From: an uncultured Candidatus Peribacteria bacterium
GTDB lineage: Bacteria > Patescibacteriota > Gracilibacteria > Peribacterales > Peribacteraceae
Length of the DNA stretch: 64,000 nt
Assembly: GCA_964553135.1 (NCBI GenBank)
Contig: CAZKJL010000002.1
Coordinates: 124,224-188,223 of the forward strand
Direction of reading: 5' to 3'
Shown: one piece after another, positions 36,417-47,000 of the stretch
Layout of the letters: each line of letters begins with the position of its first letter
Numbering within the stretch: the first letter of the stretch is position 1
Made by a program: the position numbers and the translations under genes
Notes under the pieces: generated by a model
The model's database searches: none
What the model was told of the DNA's origin: nothing
Seen by the model: the letters and a program-made list of their open reading frames with translations, nothing else

Positions 36417-37010
36417 ATGCCGAAGCCCTACACGCCCAACGACAAGTGGAGTCAGCGCGCCGCCGAGGCGGGTTACCGCGCCAGGTCCGTGTTCAAGCTG
36501 CAGCAACTCGATGAGCGGTTCCACTTCTTCAAGCAAGGAATGAAGGTGCTCGACATCGGTGCCGCACCGGGAAGTTGGTTGCAGTATGCCTCTGAGCATG
36601 TCGGTCCGTCGGGAAAAATTCTGGGACTCGATCTCAAGGAAATCGAACCCGTTGCGGACAACGTCGTCACCCGCGTCTGCGACATGCTCGACGATGCGGC
36701 GGTCGCTGCCGCCGTGACGTCCATGGGCTGGGACAAGGCGGACATCGTCATCTCGGACATCGCGCCGAACACGAGTGGCATCAAAGACGTCGATCAGTGG
36801 AAGTCCATCGAGCTCAGCAGGCGCGTCGTCGAACTCTCGCGCAAGTGGCTGCGCCCCCGTGGGTGGATCGTCATGAAAATCTTCCGCGGACGCGACTTCG
36901 ATACGTTTCTCCTGGAGTTGAAAAAAGAATTCAACGATGTAAAACCGCTCAGCGTGGAAGCAAGCCGCGACAGGAGCATGGAAGTGTACGTCGTGTGCAG
37001 AAAGAGGTGA
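36417..37010 (+). CDS. rlmE: 23S rRNA 2'-O-ribose methyltransferase RlmE (FtsJ)
   Basis: 197 aa: YRARSVFKLQQLDERF..., VLDIGAAPGSWLQY, SDIAPNTSG. Confidence 0.9.
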   Translation: MPKPYTPNDKWSQRAAEAGYRARSVFKLQQLDERFHFFKQGMKVLDIGAAPGSWLQYASEHVGPSGKILGLDLKEIEPVADNVVTRVCDMLDDAAVAAAVTSMGWDKADIVISDIAPNTSGIKDVDQWKSIELSRRVVELSRKWLRPRGWIVMKIFRGRDFDTFLLELKKEFNDVKPLSVEASRDRSMEVYVVCRKR

Positions 37011-37072
37011 AAGATGAAAAGTGAAAAATGTAAAAATAAGGAAACTTTTCACCATTCACTCTTCGTTTTTAG
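37006..37072. repeat. A/T-rich 9-nt-periodic imperfect hairpin
   Basis: GGTGAAAGA TGAAAAGTG AAAAATGTA ..., opposed by CTTTTCACC ATTCACTCT TCGTTTTT. It overlaps the rlmE stop codon. Confidence 0.55.
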
Positions 37073-37086
37073 TTCGGTCTTGGCGT

Positions 37087-37923
37087 ATGATGGCTTCCAT
37101 GATCAGTTTTTCGGGCGTCTTCAAACAATTCGACGGTCGCGAAGTTCTCAGCAATCTGACGTTCCAGATCGCTCCGGGTGAATTCGTGTGCCTCACGGGC
37201 CCGAGCGGTGCGGGCAAATCCACCGTCGTGCACATGCTCATCCGCGCGGAAGTGCCGACGCAAGGCACCATCGAAGTGGACGGTGCGAACTTGGCCAAGC
37301 TTCCTCCGACGATTCTGCAGTTGTACCGCCGTCGCACGGGCGTCGTCTTCCAGGATTACAAACTGTTGCCCGACCGCACGGTGTACGAGAACGTCGCGTT
37401 CGCGCTCGAGGTCTGCGACGAACCGAACGATGTGGTGGAACAGAAAACGCGCGACATTCTGGGGAGACTACGCATCGCCAACTTGGCGCAGGCGTTTCCA
37501 CGCACGCTTTCGGGCGGTGAGAAAACGCGCGTCGCCTTGGCCCGTGCCCTCGTTCACAAGCCCAGCATCCTCATCGCCGATGAACCCACGGGCAACATCG
37601 ATCCTGAGCAATCACTCCAAATTCTGCAGTTCCTGCGCGAAGTGAACGCATCGGGGACGACTGTCATCCTGGCCACGCACGACAAGAACGTCGTCGATGC
37701 GCTCGGTGTACGCGTGCTCAGGCTCGAGAACGGCAAACTCGTACGCGACATGGTGGGCAGTTATGCCGGCGTTCCGGCACAGAAGCCCGAACCCGTCGCC
37801 GTGGCAAGCGTGGCTCAGGCTCCGAAAAAAGTCGTTCCCGCGATGCAGAAAGAAGCGTCTCCCAAAAACGACGCTCCGCCGTCCGCCCCCGGGACGAACC
37901 GCGTGAAGCCGATTGCGATTTAG
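37087..37923 (+). CDS. ftsE: FtsE-like cell-division ABC ATPase with a Pro/Ala-rich C-terminal tail
   Basis: GPSGAGKST, LSGGEKTRVALARAL, ILIADEPTGNID. A low-complexity tail of about 55 aa follows. No ftsX is adjacent. Confidence 0.8.
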   Translation: MMASMISFSGVFKQFDGREVLSNLTFQIAPGEFVCLTGPSGAGKSTVVHMLIRAEVPTQGTIEVDGANLAKLPPTILQLYRRRTGVVFQDYKLLPDRTVYENVAFALEVCDEPNDVVEQKTRDILGRLRIANLAQAFPRTLSGGEKTRVALARALVHKPSILIADEPTGNIDPEQSLQILQFLREVNASGTTVILATHDKNVVDALGVRVLRLENGKLVRDMVGSYAGVPAQKPEPVAVASVAQAPKKVVPAMQKEASPKNDAPPSAPGTNRVKPIAI

Positions 37924-38963
37924 TTCCACTTCAGATCACCCTCCATTCGCACCTTCTGTGTGCCCCCCATCACGATCGTACCGATCTCGGTGCAAGGGAC
38001 GCCGTTCTTTTCCAAGTGTGCGATGACGTCCTTCTTCGTGGCCTGATCCGTGACGGCGATGGCCCCGACGCCCAAATTGAACGTGCGGATCATATCGGCG
38101 TCGTCGTTCCCCGATTTGTCCTTGATGAAAGAAAACAGCGGCAAGACTTTGATGGAGGCCGCGTCGATGACGGCGTCCGTTCCAACAGGCAAAATTCTGT
38201 TCAAGTTTCCCGGAATGCCCCCGCCCGTGATGTGCGCGAGTCCGTGGAGACCGGGGTTTCCAAACAGTCCCTTGAGCGCTTGGTAGTAGCAGCGGTGCGG
38301 TTCCATGATGGCGTCGAGGAACGTGCGACCGTCGATTTTTTCATCGATGATGCCGGGTTCGCGGTCGATGAGTGCGCGCAGCAGCGTGTAACCGTTCGTG
38401 TGCACGCCGCTGCTTTGGAGTGCGATCACCGCATCGCCCGGTTTGATCGTCGACCCGTCGATGATCTGCGACTTATCCACCACGCCGATGCAGCTGGCTC
38501 CAAGCACGTACGTTCCTGCGGGCAGCACGCTGGGCTGTTCCGACGTCTCGCCGCCGGTGAGTGCGCATCCCTGCGCCTTGCAGGCTTTGGCCATGTATTT
38601 CACCAGGTTGCTCACCACGTCCTTTTCCAGCTTTCCGCAGACGATGAGATCTTGGATGAAGAGCGGGGTCGCACCCATCACGATGACGTCGTTCACGAGA
38701 TGGTTGATGAGGTCATGGCAGATGCTTTCGATGCGGTCGTACTTGAATGCCAGCAGTTGCTTGCTGCCCGGTTCCTCGGTCTTGCACACCAGAACGGGAT
38801 GCTTGTAGCCCGGGAACGAGCCGTCGCACAGGGACGCAAACGCTCCGATGGAATTGAGCACCAGGGGATTGTCCGTCGCGATGGTCTTCGCCATGTCTTT
38901 CTTCGTGGCGTCCGCGGTGGAGATGTCGACACCTGCGGATTGGTACGAGATCTTCTTCGGCAT
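37920..38963 (-). CDS. purM: Phosphoribosylformylglycinamidine cyclo-ligase (AIR synthetase)
   Basis: 347 aa: SYQSAGVDI..., DGVGTK-like context, AHITGGGIPGNL. Confidence 0.92.
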   Translation of the reverse strand: MPKKISYQSAGVDISTADATKKDMAKTIATDNPLVLNSIGAFASLCDGSFPGYKHPVLVCKTEEPGSKQLLAFKYDRIESICHDLINHLVNDVIVMGATPLFIQDLIVCGKLEKDVVSNLVKYMAKACKAQGCALTGGETSEQPSVLPAGTYVLGASCIGVVDKSQIIDGSTIKPGDAVIALQSSGVHTNGYTLLRALIDREPGIIDEKIDGRTFLDAIMEPHRCYYQALKGLFGNPGLHGLAHITGGGIPGNLNRILPVGTDAVIDAASIKVLPLFSFIKDKSGNDDADMIRTFNLGVGAIAVTDQATKKDVIAHLEKNGVPCTEIGTIVMGGTQKVRMEGDLKWN

Positions 38964-39041
38964 GGCGAGAGAGTATCAGGTCGCAACCCGGCCCGCCACC
39001 GCATGGCTTGCATGGCCCATTCTTGCTACAATCGTCCATGT

Positions 39042-39464
39042 ATGAACGATTGCTTGTCCGTTTGCGACCTTCTCAAAGCTGCTGCCGCGTGCTCCGAACG
39101 TCGACTGAACGAATCTCTCTCCGACGTCGGCGTGAGCCACTGTCAGGCCACCATTCTCCTGCGCATCAGCGAAGGACCGGCGTCCATGTCGTCGCTCAGC
39201 AAAGCCATGTGCTGCCACAAGAGCAACATCACGCAGGTGGTGGCGGGACTGTCCAAAAAGAAGATGATCGAACGTGTCACGAGCACCGAAGACAAGCGTG
39301 TCACACACCTGAAGCTCACGCCCGTCGGCAAGCAGGCCGCTCAGAAACTGAAGGGCGTGCTGTGCGATTGTGCCAGCGACTGCATGGATATTTTCACGGC
39401 ATCCGAAAAGAAAACCCTTGCATCGCTGCTCCAGAAGTATATCGATCGGCATCGGGACGCCTGA
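39042..39464 (+). CDS. MarR-family transcriptional regulator
   Basis: About 140 aa with a winged helix (LRISEGPASMSSLSKAMCCHKSNITQVVAGLSKKKMIERV...DKRVTHLKLTPVG). The start is ambiguous (39012 or 39042). Confidence 0.75.
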   Translation: MNDCLSVCDLLKAAAACSERRLNESLSDVGVSHCQATILLRISEGPASMSSLSKAMCCHKSNITQVVAGLSKKKMIERVTSTEDKRVTHLKLTPVGKQAAQKLKGVLCDCASDCMDIFTASEKKTLASLLQKYIDRHRDA

Positions 39465-39485
39465 ACAAGTGATATCATCAGGGAT

Positions 39486-40451
39486 ATGGAAAATGCGGCC
39501 GTTGCGGCTCTCCTTCGGCAGATCGGCGACATCCTCGATTACCAGGGCGTGCAGTTCAAGCCCGCCGCATATCGTCGTGCCGCGCAGACCATCGAAGACC
39601 TGAGTACCGACATCGCCGAACTCAAGGACAAGAAGGCGCTCAAAGAACTTCCCGGTGTCGGCGACGCCATCGCCGATAAAATTTTGGAATACTTCAAGAC
39701 GGGACGCATGAGCTTCCTCGACGCGCTCAAGGCCGAAACGCAGATGGGAGCGGCGGGACTTCTTTCCGTCGACGACCTTGGCCCCAAGCGGGTGCGCGAA
39801 CTCGAAAAAATCGGCATCCTCACGGTGCCGCAGCTCATCGAGGCGGCGGAAAAAGGAAAGCTGCGTGATCTTCCGCGTTTTTCGGAAATTCTCGAGAAGA
39901 AAATTTTGGAAAGCGCCAAACGTTCGGGCGAGAGGTCGAAGCGTTTCGATCTCAAAGACGTGGAGCCCGACGTAAAGACGCTCGTCGCCACGCTCGCCAA
40001 CATCAAAGGCGTCATCCATGTGGAGGCCGCAGGTTCCTTCCGCCGCAGAAAGGAAACCGTTGGGGACGTCGATGTGCTCATTGCCGTGAAAAAAGCATCG
40101 GCAGATCTGGCCGAGTCCATCCACAAAGCCATTGGGAAGCTTCCCATCGTGGAGCGCATCGTGGCTTCGGGACCCACACGCATCGCTTTCGATCTCACAT
40201 CGGGTCTGCGCACCGATATTCGCATCGTCGAAGAAAAGCAGTGGGGCAGCGCACTTCTCTATTTCACGGGAAGCAAAGAGCACAACATTTCACTCCGCCG
40301 CCGCGCCATCGACAAAGGCATGAAGCTCTCGGAGTACGCGCTCTTCAAGAACGACAAAGTCGTGGCCTCGCGCACGGAGAAAGATATCTACAAGGCACTG
40401 GAGTTGCCGTTCATTGAGCCGAATGTACGCACTGCGGAACTTCCCGTGTAA
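39486..40451 (+). CDS. Family X DNA polymerase (Pol beta-like core only, no PHP domain)
   Basis: 321 aa with HhH motifs (LPGVGDAIADKI, VDDLGPKRVREL) and the nucleotidyltransferase motif GSFRRRKETVGDVDVLI. Confidence 0.85.
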   Translation: MENAAVAALLRQIGDILDYQGVQFKPAAYRRAAQTIEDLSTDIAELKDKKALKELPGVGDAIADKILEYFKTGRMSFLDALKAETQMGAAGLLSVDDLGPKRVRELEKIGILTVPQLIEAAEKGKLRDLPRFSEILEKKILESAKRSGERSKRFDLKDVEPDVKTLVATLANIKGVIHVEAAGSFRRRKETVGDVDVLIAVKKASADLAESIHKAIGKLPIVERIVASGPTRIAFDLTSGLRTDIRIVEEKQWGSALLYFTGSKEHNISLRRRAIDKGMKLSEYALFKNDKVVASRTEKDIYKALELPFIEPNVRTAELPV

Positions 40452-40552
40452 GGAAACCAAAGAAACCCACGAATCCAAAGAGTCCAACGAAGTTCGTTGG
40501 TTACCTTGGTTTCCCTGCCTGCCGGCAGGCAGGTTCGGATTCCTTGGTTTCC
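40452..40552. repeat. 9-nt-periodic palindromic element (GGAAACCAA family) interrupted by a 20-bp perfect palindrome
   Basis: GGAAACCAA AGAAACCCA CGAATCCAA AGAGTCCAA, loop CGAAGTTCG, TTGGTTACC TTGGTTTCC, then the insert CCTGCCTGCCGGCAGGCAGG, then TTCGGATTCC TTGGTTTCC. It fills the whole convergent gap between the polX stop and the mscS stop. Confidence 0.88.
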
Positions 40553-41953
40553 TTATTGCAGTCCTCCCACGACCTGTACCGTGTTGTACGCGAGCTCGAT
40601 GTTCTCCGCTGCCTTGAATTGGTCGAGGATCGATTTGGACAACGTGGTGATGACGGTGCGGCGTTTGCCGATGGGCACCGTGAACTTGAGCGTGAAGAGC
40701 ACGCCGCTGCTGGCGATATCGGTGTGCACTTCGGGTTCGCCCACTTCCCACATGGTGTAGAAGAGCGCCGTACGTCTGCGTTGCTGGGCCTGGGCTTGCT
40801 CCACGAACGAGCCCGTTTCCGTGACGAGCGCTTCGTGAATGATGGCTTCCGCCTTCTTCCGGTCGCTGGCGTACGTCACGGTGACTTGCATTTCCACGCT
40901 CATGAAATCCGAGGTCGTGTTGTAGTTCAAAATCGGGTCGCGGAGCACCATCGAGTTCGGTACGTAGAGCGTCTTGCCCGTCCGTTCGTGCGCGTTGAAG
41001 GCGCCGTCGGTGCTCACTTCGAGCATCGTGGTGCGCAGGGGTCCGATGTCGATGATGTCGCCGGTGTACTTGCCGATGGACGCGCGGTCGCCGAGCGTGA
41101 AGAGACGGCGCTGCCAAATGATGATCCAGCCCATGAAGTCCTTCACCACGTCTTGGAGCGCGACTGCAATACCCGCACCCACAATGGCGAGCGATGCCAG
41201 CGCACCCGGATGATCCGAGATCAATTTGCTGAAGATCCAGAGCGATGTGAGGACGTAGATGATGGCGGTAACGATTTTGGAGATGAGGTAACGGCCGCCT
41301 TTGGTTTCCAATCTCTTGGCCAGACGTTTTCTGATGAATCGGTCGAGGACGATGGCGCCGAGAATGATGAGGACGTAACTGCCGAAGCCGAACAGCGATG
41401 AGAACTGATCGATCCATTGTTCGCGGTTGAGCTTGCTGAGGCGGTCGTTTTGGAGCGCAAGCCCCGCATCGAGCGCGGCGATGCGCTCCTCCAAGATCGC
41501 TTTCTTGGCCAAGAGCTCACCGTGCGTCTTGGTGAGGCGCAAGACGTCGGTTTCGGTGTCGGCGGTATCGGACAGATAAAATTTCTTTTCTTCTTCGGAG
41601 AGCAGGTCCACGTCCACGGCTCGGTTGCGTCGTTGTTCCTCCAATTGCTGCACGATGGCTCGCTGACGGTCGATGGCTTTCGGGAGCGCCATGGTATCGA
41701 GCGCCTGGTCGTCTTTATCGCTCTGATCGACGAGAGCTTTCACCTCTTTGTCCGCCATGGTGCGCACGCGGGCGCGTTCGTCGACGATGCGTTTTTCCAA
41801 ATACGTGTCCGTGGAATTTTTCTTCAGGAAGGCCGTGTAGAGCGCGGTGAGCGTGGCTTCGTCGTAGTTCGGAGCTTGCTGCGCGAGAAGCGCACTCGGA
41901 AAGAGGGCGAGTGCCAAAGACAGAAAAAGGCCGACGGAAACGGTGCGTCGCAT
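40553..41953 (-). CDS. MscS-family mechanosensitive channel with an N-terminal periplasmic coiled-coil domain
   Basis: 466 aa with a signal peptide, a long helical region, transmembrane segments and an MscS beta-domain-like C-terminus (GDRASIGKYTGDIIDIGPLRTTM). Confidence 0.8.
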   Translation of the reverse strand: MRRTVSVGLFLSLALALFPSALLAQQAPNYDEATLTALYTAFLKKNSTDTYLEKRIVDERARVRTMADKEVKALVDQSDKDDQALDTMALPKAIDRQRAIVQQLEEQRRNRAVDVDLLSEEEKKFYLSDTADTETDVLRLTKTHGELLAKKAILEERIAALDAGLALQNDRLSKLNREQWIDQFSSLFGFGSYVLIILGAIVLDRFIRKRLAKRLETKGGRYLISKIVTAIIYVLTSLWIFSKLISDHPGALASLAIVGAGIAVALQDVVKDFMGWIIIWQRRLFTLGDRASIGKYTGDIIDIGPLRTTMLEVSTDGAFNAHERTGKTLYVPNSMVLRDPILNYNTTSDFMSVEMQVTVTYASDRKKAEAIIHEALVTETGSFVEQAQAQQRRRTALFYTMWEVGEPEVHTDIASSGVLFTLKFTVPIGKRRTVITTLSKSILDQFKAAENIELAYNTVQVVGGLQ

Positions 41954-41965
41954 GCGCTAAGTATA

Positions 41966-42046
41966 GGGAACCAAAGAAATCAAGGAAACCAAAGAAACCA
42001 ACGATATTCGTTGGTTACCTTGGATTCTTTGGATTCGTTGGTTTCT
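41966..42046. repeat. 9-nt-periodic palindromic element (GGAAACCAA family)
   Basis: GGGAACCAA AGAAATCAA GGAAACCAA AGAAACCAA, loop CGATATTCG, then TTGGTTACC TTGGATTCT TTGGATTCG TTGGTTTCT. It lies 5 nt downstream of the hppA stop. Confidence 0.9.
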
Positions 42047-42050
42047 TGTT

Positions 42051-44120
<2,070 letters not shown>

Positions 44121-44317
44121 ACGGAAAGGGGAAAGGAGACTGAAAATCGCGAGCTATCATGGATGCCGGTCCCCGGCACAGGCAAGCGCGCCGTTGGCCT
44201 GAGCTCTTGCAAAATCAGCCTTTTGTATTCTAAAAAATCTGAGAATCTTCGAAGAAAATCGGACGTTGTACACAATTCTTTCTGTTCAACGGAACTTCGC
44301 TGAGTATCATTCTTCGC

Positions 44318-45382
44318 ATGTCGTTTTCGCTCAAGCTCCGTACGCTCCATCATCAGCATCAGGAAAGAGCCGATGATGCCGCGGCGCGGCTTCCGACGGA
44401 ACGCGAGGAATGGCTTCTGTCAGCGGCGCTTCTCATCTTCATGACGGGGCTCTTCATGGACGGTTGGGCGCACAATCATATTCCGGAACTCGAGACGTTT
44501 TTCACGCCGTGGCACGCGGTTTTTTATGCGGGCTACGCGCTCACGGCGCTCACGCTGCTCGGCATCGTGTGGCACAGGAAATCGTCGCTGAAGATTCCGT
44601 TCTCGTCGGCGATTCCGCACGGCTACGGCCCCGCTCTGTTCGGCGCCCTCCTTTTCTTTCTCGGCGGCCTCGGCGACATGGCGTGGCACGAGATCTTCGG
44701 CGTGGAGGCGGATATCGAAGCGTTGCTGAGCCCTACGCACTTGGTGCTCGCATGTGCCCTCTTCCTCATGATCACGAGCGGACTTCGGGTCTGGTTCCTC
44801 GCCGTTCCGCCGCTCGGCGTCCCGAGCTTCCGTACACAGCTGCCGATGCTGCTCTCGCTCTCGTTCGTCATCGCGCTTCTGTGGTTCATGACGCAGTTCT
44901 CGCACTTCGTCACGGTTCGTGCGGGCGGAGCGGGCTTCGAGGATCCGAACATCGCCGACATGTCCCAAAACATCGCCATCGGCGGAGCGCTCCTTTCCAC
45001 GGCCGTGCTCATGGGTGGAGTTCTCCTCGTCCTCCGTCGGGGAAGGCTGGCGACGGGCGGGCTGACGTTCGTCTTTCTCGTCACCATGTACGCCATGGGC
45101 GTGATGCGAGACGGTCTGTCGCTCCTGCCCGCCGCACTCGTCGCGGGCATCGTCGCCGATTGTTTGGCGCAGCGCATTCATCCGCTCGAACGTCATCGCA
45201 CGGAAGTTCGCATCGCAGGCTTCCTCATTCCGGCAGTTCTCTTTACCGGTTACTTCCTCACGATTCACATTCAGAGCGGCATCTGGTGGACGGTCCACTT
45301 GTGGGCCGGGCTCATCGTGATGACCGGCATCGTGGGAACGCTCGTGAGTTTCCTGGTGCTTCCTCCCGCGGATCCGGCCTAA
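44318..45382 (+). CDS. Polytopic membrane protein, function unknown
   Basis: 354-aa ORF with about 9 hydrophobic segments and His-rich loops. No family recognised. Confidence 0.6.
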   Translation: MSFSLKLRTLHHQHQERADDAAARLPTEREEWLLSAALLIFMTGLFMDGWAHNHIPELETFFTPWHAVFYAGYALTALTLLGIVWHRKSSLKIPFSSAIPHGYGPALFGALLFFLGGLGDMAWHEIFGVEADIEALLSPTHLVLACALFLMITSGLRVWFLAVPPLGVPSFRTQLPMLLSLSFVIALLWFMTQFSHFVTVRAGGAGFEDPNIADMSQNIAIGGALLSTAVLMGGVLLVLRRGRLATGGLTFVFLVTMYAMGVMRDGLSLLPAALVAGIVADCLAQRIHPLERHRTEVRIAGFLIPAVLFTGYFLTIHIQSGIWWTVHLWAGLIVMTGIVGTLVSFLVLPPADPA

Positions 45383-46032
45383 TGTTCGTGGGGCACGGCG
45401 GCCTGGCGCCACACGTTGTCGATGTGTCCCGGAACGATGTAGTACGGCAGGATAATCAGGTAGCAGAGCAGGCTCAGGTTCATCGAGTAAAAGGAAAGTC
45501 CGATGGCGATGAGCGCCGCAACGGGTGCAACGAGAATCCGAAGCTGCACTTTGTGACGCAGCTTGTCGGTGACCGTGTGCACGCTGAGTCGATGATGGAA
45601 CGTGGCGTACGTCCAGCTCCACCACGAAACGATTCCGATGACGATGAGGTTGATGCCGTAGATCACCGAGGCCATCTGAATATCCGCATAGCGGCCGAGC
45701 AGCGCGCTTGAGAAGGGGAGCAGAGACACCATCATCAGAAAAAAGATGTGGATCCATGAAAAGACGCGGTCGCTCCTGTCGATGTAGTGAAATTGAATCT
45801 GCTGTCCCACCCAGTAAATGCCCAAGTTGATGAACGTCACGACGTAGGTCAGAAACAGCGGTACCTGGTGCCACAGTGCGGCATTCAGGTCGGCATGCGT
45901 CGTTACCTCGGGGATGTGCATTTCCAGCACCAGAAGCGTCATGACGATGGCGAAGACGCCGTCGTGGAGCGCTTCGATGCGCTTGGGCGTGAGGGCGGTT
46001 CTCTCGTCGGGTGCGTTGTGGGAGTCGGTCAT
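45379..46032 (-). CDS. DUF1211/TMEM175-like potassium channel family protein
   Basis: 217 aa from MTDSHNAPDE... with the RIEALHDGVFAIVMTLLVLE signature. The longer ORF-track version is an out-of-context extension. Confidence 0.7.
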   Translation of the reverse strand: MTDSHNAPDERTALTPKRIEALHDGVFAIVMTLLVLEMHIPEVTTHADLNAALWHQVPLFLTYVVTFINLGIYWVGQQIQFHYIDRSDRVFSWIHIFFLMMVSLLPFSSALLGRYADIQMASVIYGINLIVIGIVSWWSWTYATFHHRLSVHTVTDKLRHKVQLRILVAPVAALIAIGLSFYSMNLSLLCYLIILPYYIVPGHIDNVWRQAAVPHEH

Positions 46033-46727
46033 ACCTTTATAGTACCGTCCGAGAGGCGAACCGTCACAATCGAGATGCCCGCGAAAAATGGCTGCAGGGT
46101 TCGTGCGTCGTATGTATCGATCGGCATATCGGTGATGGACCGTACGAAGGAGAGCAGCTCCTTCTTTGTGTAAAATCGCTGGGCGGTCCATGGCCAAAAC
46201 CGTTTCATCCCGGGCAAACGCGTGAAGAGGTACCACAGATGGAAGTACGACATGTGGGACGGTACCGAGAACATCACCGTTCCTCCGGGCGCGCAAAACT
46301 GAAGATGGCGCCGTATGACGTGTGCGGGGTCCCGGAAATGTTCCACGAGTCCTTGCGACCACACCACGTCCGCTTGTCCGAGCGGCAGCGTGTCGTCGGC
46401 ATCGTAGATATCCGCCTCGATGAACGTCATGCCTTCGGTCGCTCGTCCCTTCGCTTCCGCTATCGCCGCCGCCGATGCGTCGAGCCCCGTGTACCGTTTG
46501 GCATTGTTGATGACCCGCGTCCCCAAGCTTGCCGTTCCGCACCCCAGCTCCAGAAATCGGACATCGGGCCCCAAAAAGGCGCGCACCGCGCGCAAGAACA
46601 GTGCGTTGTACATTGTCCGCCCGAGCCGAACGTACGCGTTGTCGCGACGCTGCTTCCGCCACACGTCATCCCATGCGCCCGCTTTGCCGGGTACATGTTC
46701 TTGCAGGAGATCGTCATCGGCGCGCAT
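46029..46727 (-). CDS. Class I SAM-dependent methyltransferase
   Basis: Motif I VRFLELGCGTASLG. The start is uncertain (46727 preferred, ORF extends to 46832). Confidence 0.7.
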   Translation of the reverse strand: MRADDDLLQEHVPGKAGAWDDVWRKQRRDNAYVRLGRTMYNALFLRAVRAFLGPDVRFLELGCGTASLGTRVINNAKRYTGLDASAAAIAEAKGRATEGMTFIEADIYDADDTLPLGQADVVWSQGLVEHFRDPAHVIRRHLQFCAPGGTVMFSVPSHMSYFHLWYLFTRLPGMKRFWPWTAQRFYTKKELLSFVRSITDMPIDTYDARTLQPFFAGISIVTVRLSDGTIKV

Positions 46728-47000
46728 AGGCGCGGTCACAATAACAAAAAAAGCGGGTGTGCGGGCGAGATTCTGTCGCCGCAACCTGCTCATCGGCGAT
46801 GCGTCACCGCACTTGCATGCGGGCTGGGGCACTTGTACCCTTGGTTCGTGTCATCCGTAGTTCTCCGCAGGCAAACCTGGTGGCAGCAGCGCACTTCATC
46901 GCTGTCCTGCTGGCGTTAAGCCTACACATCTCGCTCACGTCACTTCACGTCCTCAGCAGATCAGCGGAGGCGTTTTTATTTGTATGTCCCTTTTTCCATC

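Noticed and set aside
44420-45874. 484-aa minus-strand ORF and 433-aa plus-strand ORF (44410..45711)
   Set aside because: Both are Arg/His/Pro-rich out-of-frame shadows of the 44318..45382 membrane protein and the DUF1211 gene.
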